NCBI GenBank assembly: GCA_012295275.1
Contig: CM022670.1
Span: forward strand, 39,556,001 to 39,620,000
Reading direction: 5' to 3'
DNA length: 64,000 nucleotides
Origin: Chrysomallon squamiferum
Lineage: Eukaryota; Animalia; Mollusca
Shown here: positions 39,679-54,051 of the stretch, piece by piece
How positions within the stretch are numbered: position 1 is the first letter of the stretch
Layout of the letters: each line of letters starts with the position of its first letter
Translations under genes and position numbers: made by a program
Notes under the pieces: model-generated
What the model was told of the DNA's origin: nothing
Seen by the model: the letters and a program-made list of their open reading frames with translations, nothing else
The model's database searches: none

Positions 39679-40459
39679 ATTTTTATATGTGTTAATTGCT
39701 TTAACCCAATTTTTTTTAACCGGTACCAGAAACAGCAGCTTTGATCTCATCCCATTTGTCAGCGTTTGATTGGCTGCGTCTCTCGAATGCTTGATGGCGA
39801 GGCAAGCGGCCCTATTATAATAAAAGTAGAAATACAAATATTGAAACTGCACACCTGAATATGTACACTCCATACAACGCGTACCTGAAGTAGACCGAGC
39901 TTTTTTTTAAAACCAAGATTGGGGTCAAATACAGATTTTTCTTTCCTTTCTTTCTTTTCAATGACGAGAAATAAATTTACAAGTCTACGGTGCTGCCACC
40001 ACAACATTGTCATCTGCTGCCAAGACAATTTTTCCTCCTTCTTCTGAGAAGAGCTCCACAATGGGCAAAAGATGAAGTGGAGAGTTTTCTGTTAATTTGA
40101 ATAAATCGCGTAAGAATTAAACATTTTATCGTTGAAAGACAGTCAGTAAGGGTTAAAATTTAAACAGATGTAAGAAAGATGATTTGTAACGCAAGATTGG
40201 AGAAAGGATGGTGACAAGGAATTTACGTTTATTTGGATGGAATATTTCTGTAGAAAGAACAGGTAAGGTAATGTTATAATATTTCGGTGTGTTAAAATGT
40301 TACTGCACAGTATTTCGTAAAAATAGCCTGTGAACGTTTTTGAAAGAAATTTTAATTATTTTATTGTTTTTAATTTTTAGAAATACATTTTATTTATTTA
40401 TTATTTTGTTTACTTTATTATTTTATTTTATTTTATTTTATTTTATTTTATTTTTTATT

Positions 40460-40502
<43 letters not shown>

Positions 40503-41784
40503 TTATGTTTTGTTTTATTATTTTTTATTTTATTTTATTATAATATTTTATATCTTTATTTTATTTTATTTTATTTTCATTAGTTCATTCATTTCATTTA
40601 TTTCATTATTTGTATTTACATAATTAATATCATTTTATTTTATTTATTTTCATATTATCTTTAATCTTTCTTTTTTTTTACTTTCTTTTCTTATTTCTTT
40701 TTTCATTTCAAATTTAATTTTAATTATTTTCTAATAATTAACTAAAATTTTCTTTTCTTTTCTTTCGCTGTTCAGTTTTATTTCTACGTTATTCCGTATT
40801 CCACGTTTTGCGTATCGGTATATGAGTATTTACTTCTTGCCGTTTTAAATAACATTACACCAGCTTGAAAAGACCCAGTGCTCGTTAAACGTTGTAGTGT
40901 AGTGTAGTGAACCACGACGTCACCTAAAATAAACACTTCTGTCGGCGTTGTCGTTACAAACATCTGCAACAGGCATTTATCTACTTCATTACTGTAACAC
41001 ATAGCAAATGAATGAACCAAACAACAACGCCGTTCAAGCAAAGAGTAAGGACAAGTTCTTAGAATGCGAGCTGTGAATTAGTTTTATTTCGTACAATGAA
41101 AGCTTTGGGTGAAAAGAGGGTAAGAATACAGAGATAAATACATAAAACCATGTTGAAGTTGGTTGTATTTTGAAAATAAGAGATTTCACAGGCGCTGTAC
41201 GGTTCTTTGTTATGATGTTAACGATTTCGAAATATGTGTCACCTCATTTGTATACGTTTAACGATATATAAATGTAACATGGTTATTATTATAATAGTGA
41301 AAATAACAGTACCAGAGACAAGAAGAATACTAAAATAACAAAAGATGAAATTCCACGTGGTTTAAAAATAACACTACTTTTTGAAATACCCAACGAAGCC
41401 TTTGTAATTAATTGGCCAGTCTCGACTTCTAAGAAACCAAACGAGGTAATGAAATACAAACGTTTTGGACAACATACGATTAATACAGACACCTAAAAAT
41501 ATATTTTGAATTAATTCTATTACGATGAAGTGTATTTATGTAATACATATAACAAATATATTTTATATCAAGTTCAGTAAATATCATAATTAAACAACAA
41601 TTAATTCGAGTTTTTTGTTCAGTATATCGACAAAATATTAAAATTTGTTATAAATGTTAGAATATAAGTAAAAAAAAAGATAATGGTCGATAAAGGATAT
41701 GAATTTAGTTTATAAAATATTTAGCACATTTTATTTATTTATTATACACATTATTATATTCCTTCTTCTTCTTTATTATTATTA

Positions 41785-41846
<62 letters not shown>

Positions 41847-44800
41847 TTCTTTTTCATTTTAGCTCATTTGTTATTTATTTATTTATTTTAATTAAATAAT
41901 ATATTTTATTTTATTTTATTTATATGTGATGATTAACATTTTCACAACTAAACCCGTTTAATTTGTGATTATATTTAGCTAATCGATGTTATTTTCTTTT
42001 TTTTTTCTGGATTACAATAAAATAATTAATTTCTCCTTGCTTTAAAAAATTAAAGGTTATTGCAGTATAAAACTGAAAATTTCATAAAATATTTAAGTTT
42101 TAAAAACTGAAGTTGTATTTTAAAGAAAGGTTGTATAAAATTATATATAATAATTGTAAATATTTGAAAACGGCTATATTGTCGCTGAATATTTATTATA
42201 ATTTATAATATTAGTTCGAAATATATTCTATTTAATTTTTATCTTTTATTATATATTTATTTTATTTTATTCATATATTGTATTCTGTCATTTTTTGTTT
42301 TATTTATTTATTAATTTACTTATTTATAATGTTTCGAAATTTATTTATTTATTTATTTATATTAGTTCTAAATATATTTTATTTCATTTTATCTTTTAAT
42401 AATATTTTAAAACTTATTTAATTATTTTTATTAATTTAATTTATTTTAATTTATTCCTCTTTTTTTTTTCATTTGTTTAATTTACTTCAATTCAATTTAC
42501 TTAATTCAATTTTATTTCCCCCTTATTGTAGAAAAATAAAACCAAATTATAAAAATAAAAACCCACCCACAAACAAACACACAAACTAAAATAACACAAA
42601 ATTAATTCCTCTCACAAACACATAACGAAAACGGAAAAAAAAAACCTCATGTCTATTTTTAAGATATAAAAATATTCGTCAGAAGAACTCATTAAGCTGT
42701 GCAGGTTTTTGTTGGGTTAATCCGCTCCTTTGACTGATCTCGCACCATATTTGTTTAGTATTAACTTTCTTCGGCATCGATAAAGTGTTGAGAATTGTGG
42801 GATAGCTCGGCCGAAAGGCAGACCCCAAACTCGGAATTCCTGTCACCTTGGCGACCATTATTTCAGAAGCATCGCACTGTCCTACAAAACAAAAACTGTG
42901 GAATATTATTTGAAAACAATCGTTTTATAAAGGGTTTTAAAAAAAAAGTTCTGGATATAAATTATTTTCCTTTTAAGGTAAGAATTTGAAGAATTTTTGT
43001 GTGGGTTTTCTTCTTCTTTTTTTTTTTTTTTTTTTTTTAGTAGTATATTTTTCATCGTATTCTAAATTTGATGAAATGTTATATTTCAAAATCTGCATGT
43101 CGTAAATGAAATAAGGATATAATTATTTTCCGATAAGTATTTGTTGAAATTACAATTCTGTAGTTGAATACATGATACAGATTTCGTGTATGTTTTGTTT
43201 TATGAACTATAGATTAAAAATATTTAGTGTGAACGAATTATTTCCTTTAAAATTAAGTTTTTTGATTTTGATTTTGGAAGATAAATGCTATGTAACGTAT
43301 TTTTAACAGGTATTTTAATATTATAATTATTTCTGAAATGTAATACATACTGAGTTATTATTTTGAAAATGAATGATTAAAGTTATGATAAAATCGTTTA
43401 ATTATTCAGTTTCAAAAACTATATCTCTTAGAAATAATACAATGGATGATTTTCTTAAAAATAATATTTCCCCGAGGTTATAGTTTAAAATATGAATAAA
43501 CTTGAAAATAAGTTAAAAATTATATGAGCATTCATTTTACATTTATTTTATACACAGTTTAAATAAATTAATCCTGTACCTTAGTTCTGATATATATATA
43601 TATTTTTCTTGTCATTTATTTATTTATGTACTGACAAAATACAATTTTATAAAATGTATTAATACAGTTCACATAAATTCATTTGAAATAACGTTTATAT
43701 AAACATATTACTGTATGTGTATTATGATCTTAGCTGTTCAGAAAAATAAATTAAAAATAACACATTTCACATAAAAATTATTTATAAAATCTGTTTGATA
43801 TAAATTTCAACATTTCAGAGTATCGAAATGTTTCTCAGTTTTATATATTTTGTACCACACTTTCATATACTTACAACTCTGAAATTACAAAATGTAGATT
43901 ATTTGTTCACCATTGAATGACGATGTCGAACGTAACATTTGCAGCGCCGTTTTTTTAAATTAAACACATTCAACATATTATTGCATTATACATTGTAAAA
44001 ACTAAAAAAAAAAAAAAAAATAACGACAAAAAAAAAACTGTTTATTTTACACTGTGGCCGTCCTTTTCGCATTTTGAAAATACGTTTTTGCATGGATGTA
44101 GACGTATATTTTTCTTAATATAAATTAGTTTTTATTAATTAATAATGGTCACTAGAGGACTGAAAATAATATTTATAAAATTATACGTTTTTCTGTCGAT
44201 CGTAACAGTTCGGTTTTAATTATGGTTAGTTATTTAGTATTAACGAAATCAAATTTAATTTTCAACAGTATTGGCTATAAATGTATACTGAATGTGCGAA
44301 TATAAAAGTAAATGGTCTACGTTATTTTTTTTTTTTTTTTATATAAATAATTCCATTGTTTATTTATTTATTTATCATTAGTTGGGGTTTTTTTTAGATT
44401 TTTTATTTTATGTACTTGTATAAATTTTAATGTTATCAGCAATATTCGATTTAATTACTATGAAATAGGATGTTTTTTTTGGGTGGGGGGTTGGCTTGGT
44501 TTTTTAAATATTTTTATATTGGAAATATTCGTTAATTATATACAAATAATGATTGCTATATTATATGGTCTGTACTCGATCGTAACAATTAAATTGTAAA
44601 AAATAAATATAGTCAGTTATTTATATTAAGTATTTATCTTTCTTAAAATACAGGATTTATTATTAGTGTTTTCCATATTATTAAATACAATGTGTACGTT
44701 TTAATATTGTGAGGTTTTTTTTTAAATGTTTTTGGAAATAAAAACAAGAAAATAAATTCAGCCTTGTTTTCGTTACCAATAACATTAATAAAAAAAATAA

Positions 44801-45163
44801 TGTAAAATGAAAACATATTTTTTTTTCTAATTATTTTTAATGTTTCATAAAGTTAATTTATAAGTTCATTCTGTCAACACAATCAGATATTCTTTTTATT
44901 ATTAAGACAGAAAGCAGAATAAATGCAATGACAAATATAATTAAATCCCAGGACCAAAATTCTCGCCCATAGGTTTTTAAAATAAAATAACATTTTTGCA
45001 ACTAATAAATAAATAAATAAAAAGTGAATACATAAATGTATAAACATTAAAAATTAATAAATGTTTTTTTAAAAATATAACGTAAAAAAATTATTTTAGT
45101 TACAAATGTTTTTATATACTAGATTTATTATCTTTTTCGATAATAGATTCTAATTAAGCAATG

Positions 45164-45225
<62 letters not shown>
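45164..45225. repeat. (TAA)n microsatellite, representative of many in the window
   Basis: Direct reading; similar tracts near 2214, 8148, 27896, 41790, 52270, 55670 and 57312. Confidence 0.95.
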
Positions 45226-45707
45226 CAGAGAACATATCTGAAAAACATTAAAAATGCATGAAAAGAATATATATAATATTTTACCTGTCTAAATTATTAC
45301 ATTTTAATAGTTTTTTTTTGTTTGTTTTGTTGTTGTTTTTTTGGTTCTTTTTTAAAGCAACGTTCTTAATTTAATTTTTAAGTGATAACAATATTGTTAT
45401 CCTTATTTTTATTCTATTTTCTCCTTTCTTCTTATTTTATTTTTTTTTTTTTTTTTCTCTTTTTTTTTTTACTCCTGTTTTAAATTTCTTTATTAATTCA
45501 TGTTGTGAAAAACAGCTTATATCCTGATAATAAATTTTAACAAATTTATTTAGGCTCGAAGACGATACATTTTATTCCGGCGTATTCACAGATTTTATGT
45601 TTATTAAATTTTGTCATTCGAAATAAGAATATTTGGAAGTAAAGTGTAGCAGTTTATTACAATCGTATTAATTGCACCAATAAAGACACCATCCCCCAAT
45701 TCCGCTG

Positions 45708-45738
<31 letters not shown>

Positions 45739-46804
45739 TAAAACAAAAAAAGCGCGTGTCCGCCATTGATCAGCTGCCATTACGTTTCGATCTCGCATGT
45801 GTACATTTCACTCGGGTGCTATGGTAACACGAAATTTCGGAACAATGCTTACATGTCGTTTAATTGTTAGCCGAGCAAAAGAAAGATGGTCGCTTCCAAA
45901 CGAATGTAGAAAAATGTGAGACCAGTTCGTGCGATTCACGCAAGCTCGCTTTTTTCTTTCGCTGCATTGTTCTTAATAAAACGAAAAAAAAAAAAAGAGT
46001 CTTTTCAAAGGGAGTCCAGTCGCTACAGACTTTTAATCGATGTTTGATTGGCGATAAAACTGTTCCGAACAAGGTGACGAGTACAAACAGCCCGAGGCAC
46101 GATGAACTTGAAAACGTGGAAATGTTTACACAGGCCTTGCAGACGTTGTCTAGTAGTACACCGAGCCTTCGCGCTGTTCCGCTTCACGTTAACATCTTTT
46201 CCACGCTGGTGCAGTTTTGCAAAAGCGCGGACGAGACTGAAAGAATACGACGAAACCTCAGTCGATCCAAACGCAATTTAAGAAGTAATGTTGACACAAG
46301 TTATAACGAAATTATTACAAGTCATTTGGGAGTGGAAAACCAGTTCGTGTGTTATGATGAAGTGATAACTTTCAGAATGATATTAAATTTTATATAATAG
46401 TTTACAAGAGCTTTAGCTAAAAAAAAAAAAAGAAAAAAAAGAAAGTAATAATAACATCTGCTGTTAGACAAAAACAGTGTAAAAGCCATTCAAATCAGAA
46501 TAAAATTCACTGTTAATTGTTCCGTATTTAATTTCGTAAGGGTTAAATTGTTTCTCTGTTAAGATCATGTTACTATCAATGTTTCAAAAGTAAACAATAT
46601 TAATTTGATATTTTATGAATTATTTAGAGAAGATTCTAAAATTTTAATTTTAATTTCACTTCTGTAAATTAATGGATGATTCGGTTTCTCCCCAAAGAGA
46701 GATGAAATTTTGTTTTTATTTGTTTCAATTTTATTTTTTAAAATATAATTTAATTTATTAAAATATACTCACGATGATGACAAAGATGACTATGACGATG
46801 ACTG

Positions 46805-46887
<83 letters not shown>

Positions 46888-47835
46888 ATTGTTTTATCAT
46901 TAATTTGTTATTTATTTATTTATTTAAGTTCAGTTATTTATTATATGAAATCATTTCATAAATATCCTAAAATAAAACTGTATTTCTATACATCTTGATA
47001 ATTTACTCAATATCACGTGTTATCTACTGACGTTTAAAATCCTAAATATCGAATATAAACCTTTATTTTCCCAAACGTACACATTTTAACATTTTAACTG
47101 TTTATTCACGATATTAACAATACTGGAAGTGTTTTACGTGAAACTAAAGTTTTATTTTTTCATTCGATTAACTAATTTTACGTATGTAATTAATTACATG
47201 CCAGGAATATATTTATTTATTTATTTATATATTTATTATTTTATTTTATTTTTATTTTTTGTTGTTTTTAATGTATACGTTTCTTATCTAAGCTCCCTCT
47301 AATAATAATATTACATTATCGTTTGGGAACAACAATTATACTTTTCCTCAATCTTATAAATAATATATATATCAATGAGACATTTATCAGTCACATTACA
47401 GATTTTAAGTAAAAAAAAACAACAACAACAAAAAACCCCAAATACTACAACTAAAAGTACGTAGACCCAGTTTTAATAAAACTGAAGACTTTGGTCAAAA
47501 TGTATCTGAAATTAACACAGGTTAATTATAAACTGTATTAGTTCAGCTGTTTGTCGCGGGCTGTATTTTGTTTTTACGCTGCTGCTGTTACTGTTTGTCG
47601 TATTTTCAAATCAGACGAGGATATTGGTTGACCAAACGTATCGGAGTTCTGCGTGTTTGGCCACGTTCTTGCTGCCATCGATTCCTGGGAGGTTTTTCTC
47701 CGCAAAGAGAGAAGATCTCCGAGCGATCAGAGTTCAGCTTGATTCCGTTGTTGGACAAACCACGCAGAGTTTCCAGAACTTTCCAGATAATTGACCTCAG
47801 GTTTTGCACACGAAGCCCTCACGCAGGCGCGTGGT

Positions 47836-47848
47836 GTCACCTAGCAAC
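47836..47848. promoter_or_regulatory. RFX X-box
   Basis: GTCACCTAGCAAC fits GTNRCC-N(0-3)-RGYAAC. Confidence 0.55.
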
Positions 47849-48802
47849 GGAAATCAAATGCATCGGAATTCAATTCTAGTCAGTATCGGATGAAGTCTTT
47901 GCTGTTTTTTGAAAGGTTTTTGTATGTAAAAGAAAGTTGTGTATGTTGCTACTAAATTACAGAATTAAAATCATTTTGGACAATCTTTGACAGTTTTTTT
48001 TTTTTTTTTTTTTTAATTTTGGGGATATTTTTCTTAAAAAATACAAAATAATAATAATAATGATAATAATAATAATAATAATGATGATGACAATAAAGAC
48101 ATGTCATCTTGATTAGTAGTATAAATATTATAAATATATAATATTGTCATAATTAATTAACAAAATTTCAAACACAAAAAATCTTATTTAGTTTAATTTT
48201 TGCCAATGTTAGTTAGTGTCTTCGGAACGTCTCTGTGGGACTGCATAGTTTAAAAATGTATAAATATTCATGAAGAGGCTCTCTAAACTGACCAGCGGTT
48301 GATTTTGCCGAGATAATGAGATCCTTCAAAATGGCTGACCCTCATCCTGTTGTCTGCTGTCTTCTACAAGATGGCGTCAAACAACGAATAAGTGGCGGAT
48401 CATGGTGAAATCCCCATTTTTAACGAGAGACAGGACGATCTGAAACGAAAAAAAATAAATGGATATATTAAAAAAAATACTTTTACAGTCGTCGTCTACA
48501 ACTGTCATAAACGACATCGTCTACGTCGTGGTTGTTCAATACAAAACTTTAAAATATTTCGTGTTAGTTAACGGAGGGAAGAAAAAGGCATTGACGAAAT
48601 CGACCGCAAGCGAGCGCCTTGCGTTTGGTCAATATTTGTCTTGCGTTTTTCGGCAAACTAATTTAGATGTGTGCTTTGTGGGACTGTGGACGTTTGTATT
48701 CAGTTACCAATCTGCATGTCATATCGGGACCGACTTCAAACACGCCTTTCGTGAAAAGCTAGGGACGTCCCGATAGTGTTTGCGACAAAGTTTGTTTATT
48801 TT

Positions 48803-48816
48803 ATTGCCATAGCAAC
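48803..48816. promoter_or_regulatory. RFX X-box next to a forkhead-like TGTTTAT
   Basis: ATTGCCATAGCAAC is one mismatch from GTTGCCATAGCAAC; tgtttat lies at 48793-48799. Confidence 0.55.
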
Positions 48817-49339
48817 AGAGAAAACGAAAAAAAAAAAAAAAAATACGTACCTTTTAATTAATTTCTTCATTAATGAAATTAAATATTAAAGAAGATGAAT
48901 AATTTAAAAGACGCAGTTCAGTGTGTTACTATTTCACTGAATGCGGGTGAGAGAATTTACTATTTAGAGGGAAAAAAAAAGAGTTATCAAAACATTAATA
49001 ATTTAACTACTAAATTAATTTCCATTTCATTTCTGTTGTTGCACGTTTTCCTTAACAGTGTTTTTGACTGAACTAGCAGTGTTTTTCTGCTATGGAAACA
49101 AAACACAAAAATATACATCTGTGAATGTATATGTTATCTTTCAGATACAGCACTCATATAAACATGCATTTACAATTTTAATACGGAGAAACTTGGTTGT
49201 ATATCATCCTATTTAATATTAAATTTTGTTAATTAATTTATTGCCTGTATGAACATTAAATATGTCTTAGCAATTATGTTAACAACATTATTTTCTTGTG
49301 TTACGAAGTTTTAACACGAAAAAAAATATATATATATAT

Positions 49340-49386
<47 letters not shown>

Positions 49387-49410
49387 ATGCACATTCAAAA
49401 CACAACCATA

Positions 49411-49488
<78 letters not shown>

Positions 49489-49492
49489 TATA
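49340..49492. repeat. (GA)n and (TA)n microsatellites
   Basis: Direct reading. Confidence 0.95.
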
Positions 49493-50320
49493 TGGTTTCT
49501 TACTTTAATAAAGAGAAACTTTATATATATATATATATATATATGCGAGTTTTTCATTATTAAAGTAAGAACAAATTTCTGTCCTATTTAGTGAATTTTC
49601 GCACCGTTAAATAAAACATCTATTTTAAAAACCCACAAATTACCTTTTCTCCACACACATATCCTAAAAGACATATGAAAGAACTGAAAAACGCGAGACA
49701 AATCATGAAACATATCAAAAAGTCCGAATGGGAACTGAAATTAAAAATCATTTTTCATTTCGACAAACACAATTTGTTGGAAAGTCGTTGAATATCAGAA
49801 TGTCCAAAATAAGGTTTTAAGCTGATAATTTAGATTACGTCTGTAGGAATACATTCAGACGATCAAGTTAAAAAGCACGGTTAGCTAGCACTGTGTCACT
49901 TTATAAACAATATTTTGTATAAATTATTTCTGAGTCTTTGTGTCTGTATGCATTTTCGTTATAACTTCTAAAAAATATTAACAGTCATTATTATTAATTA
50001 CTGCTGCAACTAATACTATTACTACCTCTACCATTTCTGCTTCTATAACGGCTATTCGATTACTACTACTACTACTACTGTAGGGGAAGGTTTACCACTA
50101 CAACAGTGATGGTTACTTCTACTACCACTACAACAGTAACACTATTTTACGGTTATTGTTGCTAATATTAGTGCTGCTTCTGCTATATTTTACAGTTTAT
50201 GGTTCTATTTACATTTGCTCTTTACGATTAATTATTTATTTTATTTTACTTTATTTTACTTGTTTTTAATATTATCAGTGAACAAGAAGAAAAAAACAAC
50301 AATAATAATAATAATAATAA

Positions 50321-50351
<31 letters not shown>

Positions 50352-51131
50352 AAGAAGACGAAGACGAAAAAAAAAAAAAAAAAAAAAAGAAGTAGTGGAA
50401 GATTTAAAAACCAAAACTAGATAAAAAAAAAAAAAAAACATTTCAGACTAATACTTGTCTATGTCTGCCGAACCACAACACAGAAACACACACTCATATA
50501 TATTTAATATCAAAATAAATTATGTATGTAATCTTCAGTTCCAGAAGAATAAAAAAAAAATCAATTGACGTTGTTTGTAGTATAAATATGCAATAGTAGG
50601 GGCGTCGAGATATAGATGAATAAAACAATAGTTTCTATAAACAGATGTAAATATTTATGTACTACAGCGGAAAAAAAAAAAAAAAAGGGAAAGGATGGTA
50701 AATCCAAACAAGATAAGAGAAGCGAAAAAACTTTGCCTGAAATCTTTGTATTGTTGTAATGTATGTACTCTGATGTATTTATAGTATACATACAAACACA
50801 AACATGTACTTAGGGGCAAATGTCGTATGATAAATCTGTCGCACAACATTAGATATTGTTTTATTTTAATGTAAATTTATCCAGCCTATAGTTATGTTTA
50901 TCATCGTTTTTCTTTTTCTTTTTATTCTTTTTTTTTTTTTTTTTTTTTAAATTTTGTCAGTTTTTCTTTCACCTTTTCCATCTCTCTCTCTCTCTCACTG
51001 TGACTTTCTCTGTTTCTTTCTTTCTTTCTTTCTGTCTTTCTATTTCTCTGAGTGTTTATATATGTGTTTGTGTTAAATAATTTTATTTCTTATATCACCG
51101 TTTTCAGAGTTTAAATTTGTGTATATATGCA

Positions 51132-51175
<44 letters not shown>

Positions 51176-52269
51176 GTGTGTGTGTGTGTCTGTTTTGTAC
51201 ATACGTGTGTACAAGTGCGCTTATACAAATCGGTACGTTTTTGTTATTATTTGATTATTAGTTTTAAAATCTACACACAGAATAATTAATTCTGCCACGA
51301 AACAATTGCATTATAACTCTGCGATTAGCTCAGCAAAATGTCACACTGAAACAAAATCAATAAGTTTATAGGATATTTGATTCGCACGTAAATGTTACAG
51401 AGATAAAGATTAAAACTAAACGACTACTGTTTTACAAAACCAACAGTTCAGAACAGCAAGCTTAATTGAACTGGTGGAAAAAACAACACATGCAGATGAA
51501 ACATGTCGTCTGCTATGAATTTACTAATTAAGAGGTGTTGTCTTTGTTTGCGTAAAACGTGTTCGGTTATGAAATACCTGACCTGCTGGTAGGTGAATTG
51601 TACGCATGTTTGTATGATCGTTCGTACCACTGAGATAAGTATGTATTGCTTTGACCTTACTGTAAGTTCAGTACAGTCAAACAGCAAACACACTGACATC
51701 TTCTCAGTGAACCTCTTAGTTCTCTCGACACGCCCAAGTGTTTATTCATTAAAATCTAAACACAAATATAGATATATCAACAAGTCATCAATCTCTTTTG
51801 ACTGCCCAAACGTTCCCATTTTAGAACCAAACGCGTTAATTTCAATTGAAAATATGTTTATTACAAGTCAATTAATATAAGTTTCTTCTACTTCTTCTTT
51901 ATTTATTTATTTTTTTTTTTTTTTTTTTGCTTTCAGAAAATAAAACGTTTGACACGGGACCTATGACAAGTCTGGACTGGTACGAAGTCTAAAGGTGTCT
52001 CAGGAGATGAATCCCTGCTTGTTTTCCAGATCTGGTTTCAGTCGCGATGGTCATGTCGTAACGAGCAGATTTTACGACTGCTTTTTTCTCACAGTGGACG
52101 TGTTCGACACTGGGAGTTGAAAGATTCTGTGTAGTTTCACAGAGGGAGTATTTAAAAAAAAAAAAAAAAAAATATCGTTGATATCTTTGAGTCATCCAGA
52201 GAGTGCAGAGAATGGTGTAATACAGCTTTCTCTACTCTGTAGTAATTTATTTTCTTTTTTCAATTTTAA

Positions 52270-52378
<109 letters not shown>

Positions 52379-52385
52379 TGTTGTT

Positions 52386-52432
<47 letters not shown>

Positions 52433-54016
52433 CATCATCGTCATCATCATTATTATACTAATTTATACAACACTGGCTGCAATTACAAATTACAGTCTCG
52501 ACTGACCACGGTCTATTTTTTTTTTTTTTTCGCTGAACCGTCTAGACGAAAATTGTTTCGACAGACGTTGCCAGACGTTGTCTACAAACTGCTGTCTGGA
52601 ACTTGATCGAGTCCAAGCCAGGCAAGATGTTGGCATAGCTGAGTCTTGAGAACGTGTCAGCTGTGCCGCATGATGCCAAGTTTGGGTTCGTGTTGTCGAT
52701 CACGTACACCACGCTGCTGCTGATGATGATGAGCGGATTACTGCAAGAGACAAGAGACAGAGAGAGGAGGGCGGAGAAAAAAAGTAACAGCAGAAGTCGA
52801 TTTATGTCCCAGACGGTGAAAAAAAGCAGTTAAGTCATTGGCTGTCCGTTTTAGAGGTTTGTTAGTTATAGTGGATGGATGAAGACGTCTGCTGGTTGTT
52901 GTTTTTTTGTGTGTTTTTTTTTCAGAGAAATACGTGTTAAAAGATATCTGTAGCAGTAGATGCAGTTTATATGACTGTTATTAGTAAAGGGTGCATACGT
53001 AATAAATTGAAATGTAATATATTGAATGCATTAAATTATTTTTTATGTTAGAAATGTATTAAGAATGTCGTAGAAATCCGTTCATTTATTTTTGCATCTA
53101 TCTGTGGTCTAGCAAAACTGTGAATTTTCTGAATTACTTGTATTTGTTTTAGTAGAATCTGCTGATGATTTTATAAACTCAGACAGGCATTGTAAGTTAG
53201 TTTAACACTGGCCCCAGATAAAATGTCGATAAATACGAGTATATTATGGACGGATGGGTGTCTTTGTAACGTGATACAGCCAAAGTTCAGGATTAAGTTG
53301 GGGCTATACATATTTGTTCAGATTTCCAGTTACTTGGCCTGCAAGAGCATAATGGAAAACTCCTCGGCTCCTTTTACAAAACAAACATCGAGCACAAATA
53401 ATATTCATAGTGAATTTCTACATTTTTATTCTCAATGTATATTTTATGGATAAGAAGGTTTATGTTTGTCTATGAATTAGCACATACATGTTCCAAAAAT
53501 TGGAGAATACAGGAATTTTAATCGATAGTCTTCTTTTGGTCAACTGTGCTGATTCTCTAAGCTCTAGGAAAAGTTTTAAAGGCCTTATTTAACAAGTGCT
53601 TGTAGAGAACAATGGTTCTATTAATGGAAGTGAAACTGATTCAGGCCAAATCGAATTCTGAAGCCTTAAACTAAGAAAATCTTGAAAGCACCTATTTTAT
53701 CAAACGCTTAACTGAAACTAACGTTGTGTAATAAACGAACTGATTATCACATCAAACCCCTCCAATGAGACATCCTAAGTTGAATCGTTCATTACTTACA
53801 TTTGAATCCGACCCCACTTTCCATATCTTTATAAAAGAATAAAATCAAAATATTTTTCACATCTAAACTAATGACCGAGACAAGCAAAGAGAAGAATGTA
53901 CTTGATGAAAATTTTGTTCCACTATTTAATTTCTTAGAGCGATTCAAAATGGGAACGAGGTTCTTAAAATCCACCGTGATGGTGATCACAGACCTTAGCT
54001 TTTTTCTCTCTCTTCT

Positions 54017-54051
<35 letters not shown>

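Noticed and set aside
47568-47879. Overlapping 103-aa and 67-aa ORFs
   Set aside because: No domain motif or splice support; better explained as a GC-richer regulatory island containing an X-box.
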